The notes: generated from the sequence alone by a model not told the origin. Positions 1 through 8,538 are shown, counted from the stretch's first letter. The stretch is DNA of 32,547 nt from Bacteroidota bacterium (GCA_947450015.1 CANFUB010000002.1:1-32547), one strand, 5' to 3'. Numbers and translations are program-made.

Positions 1-510
1 ATATCTGATATGATGGCCAGCTGCCCTGCCTATGGACAATATGCCAACGATGTGTTGGCCAAACAAATGCCGCCTGCAGTTTTAGATACCATTCGCAGGA
101 TTGAAAAAGCAGGCGATTTTCAAAATCCAAAATACATGGAATTATTGATTCCCCATTTCTATTCAAAACACATTATTCGTTTAAAAGAATGGCCTGATCC
201 TGTGAATAGAATGTTTCGCAAATTAAATTACGAATTGTATGTTTCCATGCAAGGCCCAAGTGAATTTGGTGTGGCTGGTAAACTTGCTAAATGGGACGTG
301 AGTAAAGAATTAAAAAACATACAAGTGCCTTGTTTAGTGATAGGCGCTATCTACGATACCATGGATCCAAAATACATGTTATGGATGAGTCAACAAATGC
401 CCAAAGGCGAATTTTTATTGTGTCCGAATGGCAGTCATTTTTGCTACTACGACGACCAAAAAACCTATTTCAATGGTTTGATCAAATTCATTAAAAAAGT
501 AAACCAATAA
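1..510 (+). CDS. Proline iminopeptidase-family alpha/beta hydrolase, C-terminal part. The CDS begins upstream of the window; the frame is open from nt 1.
   Basis: The frame stays open from nt 1 to the stop at 508-510. The C-terminal region (LLIPHFYSKH ... CPNGSHF) resembles S33 proline iminopeptidase / PepI-like hydrolases. Confidence 0.6.
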   Translation: MSDMMASCPAYGQYANDVLAKQMPPAVLDTIRRIEKAGDFQNPKYMELLIPHFYSKHIIRLKEWPDPVNRMFRKLNYELYVSMQGPSEFGVAGKLAKWDVSKELKNIQVPCLVIGAIYDTMDPKYMLWMSQQMPKGEFLLCPNGSHFCYYDDQKTYFNGLIKFIKKVNQ

Positions 511-541
511 GATAAAACATAAGCAAATACAAAGCTTAATA

Positions 542-2851
542 ATGAATAGAAAAAATTTCATCAAACAAACAAGCTACGCAGGTGTTTCAGTTTTGCTATT
601 GAATAGTTGTAATCTTTATGGATCGAAAGACATTGGACTTAATAACAATGGGCTTGCACCAATCATTTTAGAACCAAAAATCGGTGAAGATATATTTGGC
701 TATATTCAACACACAAATGGCGCATTTAACAATACCCTTTACAAACAAATTTTAGGTGCAGCTAACGAATTTAAAGAGGGCGACCAATCATTGCAAATTG
801 CAGCAGCCGACGAAGCATCGAGAATAAATGCGAGGGATTTATTAGGCAATACAAAGTTAGGTGACCTCAATAAAAACATTGTTTATGAAGACGAAATTCT
901 CCACCTCATTCAACAATCAACGGTGCAAAATCAAACCATTGACAATTGGACTTTCAAAGAATTTAAAAATTTTCTGCTAACAGAAACAGAAGAAAAAATT
1001 AAAGGCATTATGCCTTCGCTAAGCAGCGATGTAGTTGCCTGCTTAGTTAAGTTAATGAGCAATTCGGAACTCATTGTTCTAAGTAAAAAGATTTTCAATC
1101 CACTTCCCAACAGCAACATTGGTGAAAAAGGCTACATGGGCGCAAGGGTGCAACCCAATTCACCAACAGATGATATTGAAGACATCACTTGGCAAGTATT
1201 CAATGCATGGTCTTATGCAGTAGGCGATGTCGTTCTAGGCACTAACCCTGTTTCAAGTGAGCCAGCCTCTGTTGCCAAAATTGAAAACGCACTTTTTGAA
1301 ATAATTAAAAGCTTTGAATTAGAGGACACCATACCCCATTGTGTGCTTTCGCATATCGATGTACAAGCTGTGGTGGAGGAACAAAACCCAGGCAGCACAG
1401 GCATTTGGTTCCAAAGCCTTGCAAGTACTGTCAATGCAAATAAAACCTTCGATGTGACCGTAGAAAAAATGATTAAGTATGCCGCACTGAGAAATGGACA
1501 TTATGGTTTTTATGCAGAAACAGGACAAGGTGCCGATATGACCAATGGCCATGGCGAAGGTTTTGACATGGTGATACATGAGTCGCGCAAGTATGGCTTT
1601 TTAAGAGTGCTCAAACAAAAAATTGAACGCCTTAAAAATGAAACCAATGCTTGGGTACATGTTAATGATGTGGCTGGGTTTATTGGACCAGAGGTTTTCA
1701 GAACCAAGGAACAATTGGTGCGTTGTTGTTTAGAAGATACCGTAATGGGTAAACTGCATGGACTTACCATTGGATTAGACATTTGTTCGACATTGCACAT
1801 GGATGTTACCTTAGATGATCTTGATTGGTGCATCGACCAAGTGATGCCTGCCAATCCTGCCTACTTAATGGCCTTACCAACAAAAAACGACCCCATGTTA
1901 AGTTATCTTACAACTGCTTTTAACAACCATGTAAAAATTAGAAATCAATTTGGATACAAGGTAAATGATGCCATGTGGGATTTCTATAAAAAGCTTGAAA
2001 TCATAGATGTGAATGGACAACCAACCGAACATTTTGGCGATCCAATTTGGGTTTATTATAAATACCAACAAACCAAAAAAGGTGCAAAGTCTATCAGCGA
2101 TACCTACGAAGAAGGCAAAGCTGCCATTTCAAGAATTGAAAGCCGAGGGGTGCCCATCGCTCAAGGTTATGGCAAAAATTATTGGGACCTTCCAGAAGCT
2201 TTAGATAAAAGAGTTCATTACTTATACGAAGATGCGAAAGTATGTTTATGGACAGCTATGGATGCGTCCTTTATTAATAATTTAAAAGATACTGTTCTAA
2301 TAAATACAAAGTCTCAAAATAGAAAAGACTATGTTTATCATCCCGCATCAGGCGAAGCTTTAAATGAAAATGCAATCAAAAAACTTAAGGCAATTAAAAC
2401 CAATTGGCAAAAAAATATACCCGATATTCAAATTGTAATTTCAGATGGATTGAATGTAAAAGCAATTATGGACCAAGGGCACCTTGCACCTTTTTTGTCT
2501 AACTTAAATAAAATGCTTGCTGCTGAAAATTATACAATAGGCAATCATCAAATCTTTATAAACAATGGTCGCGTTAGAGCGGGCTATGCCTGTGGTGAAT
2601 TATTGTTTGGCGAAAGTAATTCAACACAAAAAAAACATGGCATTATTCATATTATAGGTGAGCGACCGGGATCAGAACACCATAATTTTTCGGCCTATTT
2701 AACTGTTGCAGAACCTACAAAATGGCATGTAAAAGGCGCTGTTGACCATGACATTACACGGGTTGTATCTGGCATTTCTGATACTGCACTAAACCCTGTA
2801 GAAGCAAGTCATCTAGTTGCAAAAATTATACATGAATTATTTCAAAAATAG
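542..2851 (+). CDS. eutBC: Fused ethanolamine ammonia-lyase, with EutB large subunit and EutC small subunit in one 769-aa polypeptide. It has an N-terminal extension of about 45 aa that looks like a signal or lipoprotein peptide.
   Basis: ATG at 542. Residues ~70-500 align with EutB motifs (ANEFKEGD, IVYEDE, ARVQPN, AVGDVVLGTNPV, CVLSHI, YAETGQG, VAGFIGPEV, GKLHGLTIGLDICST, YLTTAF). Residues ~590-769 align with EutC (DIQIVISDGLN, NGRVRAGYACGELLFG, IIGERPGSEHHNFSAY). The N-terminus MNRKNFIKQTSYAGVSVLLLNSC has an n-region RK, a short h-region and a Cys. Confidence 0.85.
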   Translation: MNRKNFIKQTSYAGVSVLLLNSCNLYGSKDIGLNNNGLAPIILEPKIGEDIFGYIQHTNGAFNNTLYKQILGAANEFKEGDQSLQIAAADEASRINARDLLGNTKLGDLNKNIVYEDEILHLIQQSTVQNQTIDNWTFKEFKNFLLTETEEKIKGIMPSLSSDVVACLVKLMSNSELIVLSKKIFNPLPNSNIGEKGYMGARVQPNSPTDDIEDITWQVFNAWSYAVGDVVLGTNPVSSEPASVAKIENALFEIIKSFELEDTIPHCVLSHIDVQAVVEEQNPGSTGIWFQSLASTVNANKTFDVTVEKMIKYAALRNGHYGFYAETGQGADMTNGHGEGFDMVIHESRKYGFLRVLKQKIERLKNETNAWVHVNDVAGFIGPEVFRTKEQLVRCCLEDTVMGKLHGLTIGLDICSTLHMDVTLDDLDWCIDQVMPANPAYLMALPTKNDPMLSYLTTAFNNHVKIRNQFGYKVNDAMWDFYKKLEIIDVNGQPTEHFGDPIWVYYKYQQTKKGAKSISDTYEEGKAAISRIESRGVPIAQGYGKNYWDLPEALDKRVHYLYEDAKVCLWTAMDASFINNLKDTVLINTKSQNRKDYVYHPASGEALNENAIKKLKAIKTNWQKNIPDIQIVISDGLNVKAIMDQGHLAPFLSNLNKMLAAENYTIGNHQIFINNGRVRAGYACGELLFGESNSTQKKHGIIHIIGERPGSEHHNFSAYLTVAEPTKWHVKGAVDHDITRVVSGISDTALNPVEASHLVAKIIHELFQK

Positions 2852-2890
2852 CAAATTTTAACTTTAACAATTTAATATACAAAATTCAAT

Positions 2891-3322
2891 ATGGAAGAGC
2901 AAAATCAATCTATTAACAACAATGCTATGGATTTAAAGCCCAAAGCAACTGGCATCGGTGGCATTTTCTTTTTTACTGAAAACACTGAAGCAACAAACGC
3001 ATGGTATGCAAAAAATTTAGGATTAGAAACCAGTCCTTATGGTGTGAGTTTTGAATCCCGCGATGTAAATCAACCCGAAATTGTGAATACCTTGCAGTGG
3101 AGCCCATTTAAAAAAGGCAGCGATTATTTTGCCCCTTCTCAAAAGGAATTTATGATCAATTACCGTGTGCAAAATATTGAAGTCTTGGTTGAACAATTAA
3201 AAGCCAATGGGGTGACCATACTCGATGAAATGGCCACTTACGAATATGGTAAATTTATTCATATTCTCGACCATGAGGGCAACAAACTAGAGCTTTGGGA
3301 ACCTGTGGTTGAAACAAGGTAA
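2891..3322 (+). CDS. VOC family protein (glyoxalase / bleomycin-resistance / dioxygenase fold).
   Basis: ATG at 2891, 143 aa. The GIGGIFFFTEN ... HILDHEGNKLELWEP pattern is typical of small VOC-fold proteins. Confidence 0.6.
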   Translation: MEEQNQSINNNAMDLKPKATGIGGIFFFTENTEATNAWYAKNLGLETSPYGVSFESRDVNQPEIVNTLQWSPFKKGSDYFAPSQKEFMINYRVQNIEVLVEQLKANGVTILDEMATYEYGKFIHILDHEGNKLELWEPVVETR

Positions 3323-3464
3323 ACTAGCAATGTCCTTTCGTTAAACTAGTTGAAAGTTTGCATCATTACAAGCATTCAAAAGGTAATGACAAGGCTCAAT
3401 TTTGATTATTAAAAAATTTTATTACCTTGCCAAAGTATATTTAAAAAGAAGATCCGTATATACT

Positions 3465-3890
3465 ATGAATGGGAAAAATGATAGCAAAGGTAGTTTCTCC
3501 ACTTATTACCACGGCACAAAAGCCAATTTGAAAATTGGCAACTATATAGTGCCTGGTTACGCTTCTAATTATGGACAAAATAAAAAAGCCAATTATGTGT
3601 ACTTCACTGCCACCCTCGATGCCGCCATTTGGGGCGCTGAATTGGCCTTAGGTGATGGCGCTGGCCGTATTTACATTGTTAAACCCATGGTTTCACAATT
3701 TGAGGACGACCCCAATTTAACGGATAAAAAATTCCCAGGCAATCCTACCAGATCGTATCGCAGTGGTCACCCTCTAAAAATCGTTGATGAATTAACAGTT
3801 TGGGAAGGTCATACGCCAGAACAACTGCAAAAAATGAAGGATCACCTTGCCGAGCTAAAGAAGCAAGGCATTGAGGCTATTGAAGATTAA
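3465..3890 (+). CDS. arr: Rifampin ADP-ribosyltransferase, Arr family.
   Basis: The YHGTKANL, AIWGAELA, YIVKP ... FEDDPNLTDKKFPGNPTRSYRS ... WEGH and C-terminal IED motifs closely mirror Arr-2 and Arr-ms. The in-frame ATG at 3465 gives 141 aa, the Arr size. The ORF-track start at 3402 adds 21 non-homologous residues. Confidence 0.8.
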   Translation: MNGKNDSKGSFSTYYHGTKANLKIGNYIVPGYASNYGQNKKANYVYFTATLDAAIWGAELALGDGAGRIYIVKPMVSQFEDDPNLTDKKFPGNPTRSYRSGHPLKIVDELTVWEGHTPEQLQKMKDHLAELKKQGIEAIED

Positions 3891-3893
3891 TTT

Positions 3894-3912
3894 TAGTCAA
3901 CTAGGTTGACTA
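3894..3912. promoter_or_regulatory. Perfect hairpin or palindrome TAGTCAAC-tag-GTTGACTA containing GTCAA-N5-TTGAC. It lies 4 nt after the arr stop codon, so it could be a weak terminator or an operator.
   Basis: Read directly from the sequence: an 8-bp stem with a 3-nt loop, followed by TTTAT. Confidence 0.4.
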
Positions 3913-4004
3913 TTTATCCGTCATATTGCTTTGCTAAGCAATTCTGAAAACATTTGAAAATAAGTGGTTTTCTTGTATCTTTGATTTCATAGAAAAACAA
4001 ACAA

Positions 4005-4748
4005 TTGCCATCCAAATACTGCTATATCGTACTTGCCACTATTTGTTTAATGGGTATGAATTGTGAACATGAGGATATACCTCGTAAATTTTACGATCGC
4101 TATGTGATAACTTTAAACAATGGTCAATTTCAACAAGTGGTGCATTTTCAAAATGATACCCTTCACTACTATGCATACTATGCTTACCGACCAGGCATTG
4201 TTGAAGTAATTAAAAAAGATAAGCAAGACAAGATTATCAACAGAAAAATTTATTATTTAAACAAAACCACTGAACTAGCTGATAGTTGTTTGGATAGTTT
4301 TTGGCATTCCACCTCACTTTACATTGCTCGTATAAGTTATGTATATGACCAAGACACCCATTTAATTCAGACCACCACACGCACTGCCGATGTCTACAAT
4401 CCTGATTATAAAACAGACTTTACAATCAAGGATGGTAATACCATGAGACGGGACAATAGCTATTGCAACAGCTATTACAACTACCATTCCTTGAACAATC
4501 AATTAGATATTTTTGATTTTGTTGGCAACTACAATGGCAAGCACAATGCGCAATTGATAAAATATTATTTTTCGGGTTGCCATGCTGGCCCCTCTTATTC
4601 GCCCGAAACCAGCAGCTATAGTTACACACTCAATAACGATGGCCTTGTGATTGAAAGAATAGAGAACCGTGAATTGGGTTATTACATGCATGATCAAAAA
4701 CAGCCAGAAAAAGAAAAGCACATCACAACATTTACCTACATTTTTTAA
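4005..4748 (+). CDS. Hypothetical Tyr-rich protein, probably a lipoprotein or secreted.
   Basis: The ORF-track start is TTG at 4005; alternative ATGs are at 4050 and 4056. The N-terminus has a hydrophobic stretch ending LMGMNC. I recognise no conserved domain. Confidence 0.45.
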   Translation: MPSKYCYIVLATICLMGMNCEHEDIPRKFYDRYVITLNNGQFQQVVHFQNDTLHYYAYYAYRPGIVEVIKKDKQDKIINRKIYYLNKTTELADSCLDSFWHSTSLYIARISYVYDQDTHLIQTTTRTADVYNPDYKTDFTIKDGNTMRRDNSYCNSYYNYHSLNNQLDIFDFVGNYNGKHNAQLIKYYFSGCHAGPSYSPETSSYSYTLNNDGLVIERIENRELGYYMHDQKQPEKEKHITTFTYIF

Positions 4749-4831
4749 TTACCTAGGTACAACTTATACGATGCTTGGCTTTTGGTAAAATCCTTTTGGG
4801 ATTAAAATTGTTTAACAATTAAATAGCATTC

Positions 4832-5299
4832 ATGAAAAAAATTTTACAATTCTTCCTTTGCTTGTTGGGTCCGCTTGCAGTTGGCGCAATTAGTGGCATT
4901 GCAACAGTCAATAACATCCCAACTTGGTACGCCCAATTAATTAAACCAAGTTTTAATCCACCGAATTATTTGTTCGGTCCTGTGTGGACTACCCTGTATC
5001 TACTCATGGGAATTTCATTTTTCATGGTACTGAATACAACAACAAAAAATAAAAAGAAAAATGCCATCTCCTTGTTTTGGATTCAATTATTTCTAAATTT
5101 TTGTTGGAGTTTTTTGTTCTTTCAATTTCATTTTTTGGGTCTAGCTTTGATTGAAATCGGCTTGATGTGGGTAAGCATATTGCTAATGATAACAAGCTTC
5201 TACACCATCAATAAAGCAGCTGCTTGGCTTCAATTGCCTTATTTGCTTTGGGTGAGTTTTGCAAGCATATTGAATGCTAGTATTTGGTATTTGAATTGA
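4832..5299 (+). CDS. tspO: TspO/MBR family tryptophan-rich sensory protein.
   Basis: 155 aa with five transmembrane segments. Trp-rich motifs NPPNYLFGPVWTTLY and WSFLFF fit the TspO/MBR family. Confidence 0.8.
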   Translation: MKKILQFFLCLLGPLAVGAISGIATVNNIPTWYAQLIKPSFNPPNYLFGPVWTTLYLLMGISFFMVLNTTTKNKKKNAISLFWIQLFLNFCWSFLFFQFHFLGLALIEIGLMWVSILLMITSFYTINKAAAWLQLPYLLWVSFASILNASIWYLN

Positions 5300-5878
5300 G
5301 TTTTTTAACTTAAGTTTCAGTTTAAAAACGATGTTTTTTAAGACACTTTTTTTAAGCCTATTTTTTATACTTTTCAAAAATTTGAAAGCGCTTCTAAACA
5401 ATTTTATGCGTGGTTTAATAAATTTTTAGCGTTTAAAAATCAACTCTTTAAACATCTTTTTCACGTAACTATTGCACATTTATTCCTTTTGTATTTACTT
5501 TGGTATCAAGGCTATCACAAGTTTGAGTATTTGTACTTTTATGTATAAAAACTCATGACAAATGGCGGTTGAATCAGCGTTCTATGGAAGTTAAAAAAGT
5601 GAAAAATGTTAGGAGCATTTTTCTGCTTAAAAAAGTTTGGTTTAATTCACTATCCAAGTTTTCAGGATATTGAATTTGATTGATTTTTTGAACTGCGAGC
5701 TTTAACTTTATATAGATTCTAATTTAAACGACATGCTTGTAGCGGCCAAAAACTAACATACAAGAGAAACATGCAGCAAAATTCAAAATTAATTGGAGCC
5801 GATTCGTCGTGCTTTCACCCACACGCCCCACATTTAAAAACGTACGAACCTATTTTACAAAACAGCATCTAATTTTTT

Positions 5879-7186
5879 ATGAAAAAAATATGGATGCTTT
5901 TGGCTATCCTTTCAACAGGTTGGGAGGTAGCGTATGGTCAGTGCACAACGTGCCCATCTGCTGGGGCGTGTAATGGTGGCAATGGTGCCGCCACAAATGG
6001 ACAGAACATTAACTCTGGAAACACCTACTTTTACAGTGGTTCAGGCACCTTCAGTTCGGGCGTTAATTTGAATGGAGGTACCTTAAGAATTTGTGGTACC
6101 CTTACCCTTAGTTCTATCAATTTTAACTCTGGCATTCTTGTCATTGAGTCAGGTGGATCGCTTACAATCAATGGCAGCGGCACGCTTTTTCTAAATGGAA
6201 GTACTTCAATTTACAACAGAGGGCAATTAACCATTAACAGGAGCATTACGATGCAAAATAGTAATAACCGAATAATTAATTGTACTTCATCGGCCAATCT
6301 TACAATGAATGGCGGATCACACACACTTGAAATCAATAGTTCTTCGAGCAATTTTATTAACTACGGAAATGCCGATATTCATACTTTATTTATCCAAAGC
6401 AGTGCCAGCGGTGGTGCAGTATGTTTAGGTACTTCTTCAACTTTAAACCTTACCAATTTAAACAACAATGAGTCCAACGGTGTTGATGCCCCTTCAGGTA
6501 GAGCTTGTGTGCGCTATACTGGTAATGCTGCACTGAACAGCAATTTAAGCAATACAAGCAATGTGGTGGTTTGTCGCGCTACAGGCGCAACAAGAAGTGG
6601 TGGCGCATCGTTTGGAGGTGCTGCGGTTACAACGGGTTGTAGCTCTTGTTTGGTAGCTTTACCAATTGAGCTTGTTTATTTTAAAGCGGAGTGTAACAGC
6701 AATGATTTGTTGTTAAAATGGGCAACTGCAAGTGAGCGTAACAATGCCTTTTTTACACTAGAAAAAAGTTTGGATGGCATTCAATGGGAATCTATTGCGA
6801 CCATCCAAGGTGCTGGGAATTCTGAATCACTTTTAGAATATGAATCACATTACGCCTATCAAACAATTGAAAAAAATGTCTATTTTAGATTGAAACAAAC
6901 CAATACAAATGGCACCTTTACTTATTCAGAAATCATCGATCAGAAAAAATGTTTGATGGAACATGTAGGATATATTGTTTTTCCGAATCCAACTGATAAA
7001 TTTGTAAACATTAAATATGATAATTTACCAAACACCAAATATGAGATTGTGGTATACAATGCATTTCAACAAATAGTATTTACAAGTCAGCAAGCCTTAA
7101 CCAGCATTGACACAGAAACATGGAATAAAGGATTATATTTCATACGTATAAATGATACTGTGATGAAATTTGTGGTTGAGCATTAA
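5879..7186 (+). CDS. Secreted protein with a T9SS type A C-terminal sorting domain (Por_Secre_tail).
   Basis: Signal peptide MKKIWMLLAILSTGWEVAYGQ, followed by a Gly/Ser/Asn/Thr-rich beta-rich body. The C-terminal ~75 aa (FPNPTDKFVNI ... VVYNAFQQIVF ... GLYFIRI ... KFVVEH) match the type A CTD consensus. Confidence 0.75.
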   Translation: MKKIWMLLAILSTGWEVAYGQCTTCPSAGACNGGNGAATNGQNINSGNTYFYSGSGTFSSGVNLNGGTLRICGTLTLSSINFNSGILVIESGGSLTINGSGTLFLNGSTSIYNRGQLTINRSITMQNSNNRIINCTSSANLTMNGGSHTLEINSSSSNFINYGNADIHTLFIQSSASGGAVCLGTSSTLNLTNLNNNESNGVDAPSGRACVRYTGNAALNSNLSNTSNVVVCRATGATRSGGASFGGAAVTTGCSSCLVALPIELVYFKAECNSNDLLLKWATASERNNAFFTLEKSLDGIQWESIATIQGAGNSESLLEYESHYAYQTIEKNVYFRLKQTNTNGTFTYSEIIDQKKCLMEHVGYIVFPNPTDKFVNIKYDNLPNTKYEIVVYNAFQQIVFTSQQALTSIDTETWNKGLYFIRINDTVMKFVVEH

Positions 7187-7220
7187 AGATATTTTTATAT
7201 ATGCTGTATAAAGACGCCAA

Positions 7221-7249
7221 AAGGGTGCTCCCAACGGAGCACCTTTTTA
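7221..7249 (+). terminator. Rho-independent terminator, potentially bidirectional.
   Basis: AAGGGTGCTCC-caac-GGAGCACC followed by TTTTT, 35 nt after the stop of the 5879..7186 CDS. Confidence 0.6.
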
Positions 7250-7426
7250 GCTTAACACAACTTCAAACCCACATCAAATAAAAAAAGAAACAAACCAAGC
7301 CCTTTGCCCGAACCAGAATGGTTTTCGATTTTACTTGTTAAACGAAAACCAATCGGTTCAGTATATCCTATCGCGAAACAACTTTAAATTAAATTAAGCT
7401 ATTTACGACAGGATGAATCAGATTTT

Positions 7427-7816
7427 TTAAAACGGAAGATCATCCGCAACAGAAGATTCTATAACAGTTGAATTCACTTGGCTTTTTCTTCCAACAAATT
7501 CAAAAGTATCGACACGCACTTCTGTAATCTGTCGTTTTTCACCAGTCTTCGTTTCATAAAAGCGGTTGGCTAGTGTCCCTTCGACAGCAATGCGCTCGCC
7601 TTTGCCAATATACTTTTCGATCAGCTCGGCTTGTTTGCCCCAGAACACTAAATTGTGCCAGTGGGTAATGTCAACTGTTTCACCCTTGGCATTTTTTTGT
7701 TTCTCGTTCGTAGCCAATCTTAAATTAGCTACTTTGTTACCATTCTCGAATTTTTTTACTTCTGGTGTGGCGCCAACATGGCCCATTAAACGCACTGAAT
7801 TGATTAAACTTTTCAT
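7427..7816 (-). CDS. ssb: Single-stranded DNA-binding protein, short form (copy A).
   Basis: 129 aa with an OB-fold SSB signature (NLRLATNEKQKNAKGE ... THWHNLVFWGK ... RQITEV) and the canonical acidic C-terminal tail DDLPF. Confidence 0.85.
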   Translation of the reverse strand: MKSLINSVRLMGHVGATPEVKKFENGNKVANLRLATNEKQKNAKGETVDITHWHNLVFWGKQAELIEKYIGKGERIAVEGTLANRFYETKTGEKRQITEVRVDTFEFVGRKSQVNSTVIESSVADDLPF

Positions 7817-7881
7817 GATATATATGTATTTAAATTTTTTACTATTTTTAAATTGATTGCTTATACTTTTTAATAATTAAA

Positions 7882-8271
7882 TTAGAATGGAAGATCCGCT
7901 GGTACTAATGATTCATTGGCTACCTGATTGTTCTGAACTTTGCGACTCACAAATTCGAAGCTATCTACTTTAACTTCTGTAATTTGTCTCTTCTCGCCCG
8001 ATTTCGTTTCATAAGAGCGGTTCGCCAAGGTACCTTCGATGGCAATGCGCTCACCTTTGTCAATGTACTTTTCGATGAGCTCGGCAGTCTTGCCCCAAAA
8101 TACTAAATTGTGCCAGTGGGTGATGGCGATGGTTTCACCCTTTGCGTTTTTTTGCTTCTCGTTGGTGGCTAATCTTAACTTAGCAACCATGCTGCCATTG
8201 TCAAACTTTTTTACTTCAGGAGTTGATCCTACATTGCCCATTAGACGTACTGAATTGATTAAACTTTTCAT
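7882..8271 (-). CDS. ssb: Single-stranded DNA-binding protein, short form (copy B, tandem paralog of copy A).
   Basis: 129 aa, roughly 85% identical to copy A, with a C-terminal ADLPF tail. Confidence 0.85.
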   Translation of the reverse strand: MKSLINSVRLMGNVGSTPEVKKFDNGSMVAKLRLATNEKQKNAKGETIAITHWHNLVFWGKTAELIEKYIDKGERIAIEGTLANRSYETKSGEKRQITEVKVDSFEFVSRKVQNNQVANESLVPADLPF

Positions 8272-8538
8272 GATATATATGTATTTAAATTTTTAAAGTT
8301 TAGTCGGAAAACTGTGAGTGAATTTGAAATTAAAACACAATAGTTCCGATTTGTTGATGCAAAATTGGGGGCAAGCACTTTCCATAATCGGTATTTAAGC
8401 ATTTACAGTCGAATAGAACCGTTTATAAACGTTTAAAATCGGCTTTGGTATTGGTATTAATATGTTACAAAAAATATAAAAAAGTGCGGGACAAAGGAAT
8501 TATATTTGTTAGAACTGAAATTTAAACGTAATAATTGG

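Larger units (their letters stand above)
7427..8296. repeat. Direct tandem duplication of about 455 bp, with each unit carrying an ssb CDS plus leader.
   Basis: The start-to-start distance is 455 bp. The sequence 5' of both start codons (on the coding strand, AAAAATTTAAATACATATATATC-ATG) is identical over about 22 nt. Confidence 0.75.

Noticed and set aside
931-1854. Several minus-strand ORFs (62-114 aa) inside the EutBC gene.
   Set aside because: They are antisense to a CDS with strong, full-length homology, and their amino-acid composition is low-complexity, so they are typical spurious ORFs.
3402-3464. A 21-codon 5' extension of arr from the ORF-track start at 3402.
   Set aside because: Arr homology begins at the ATG at 3465, and the extension has no counterpart in Arr proteins.
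5183-5401. A 72-aa minus-strand ORF overlapping the 3' end of tspO.
   Set aside because: It overlaps a well-supported membrane-protein gene, and its basic low-complexity translation comes from AT-rich sequence.
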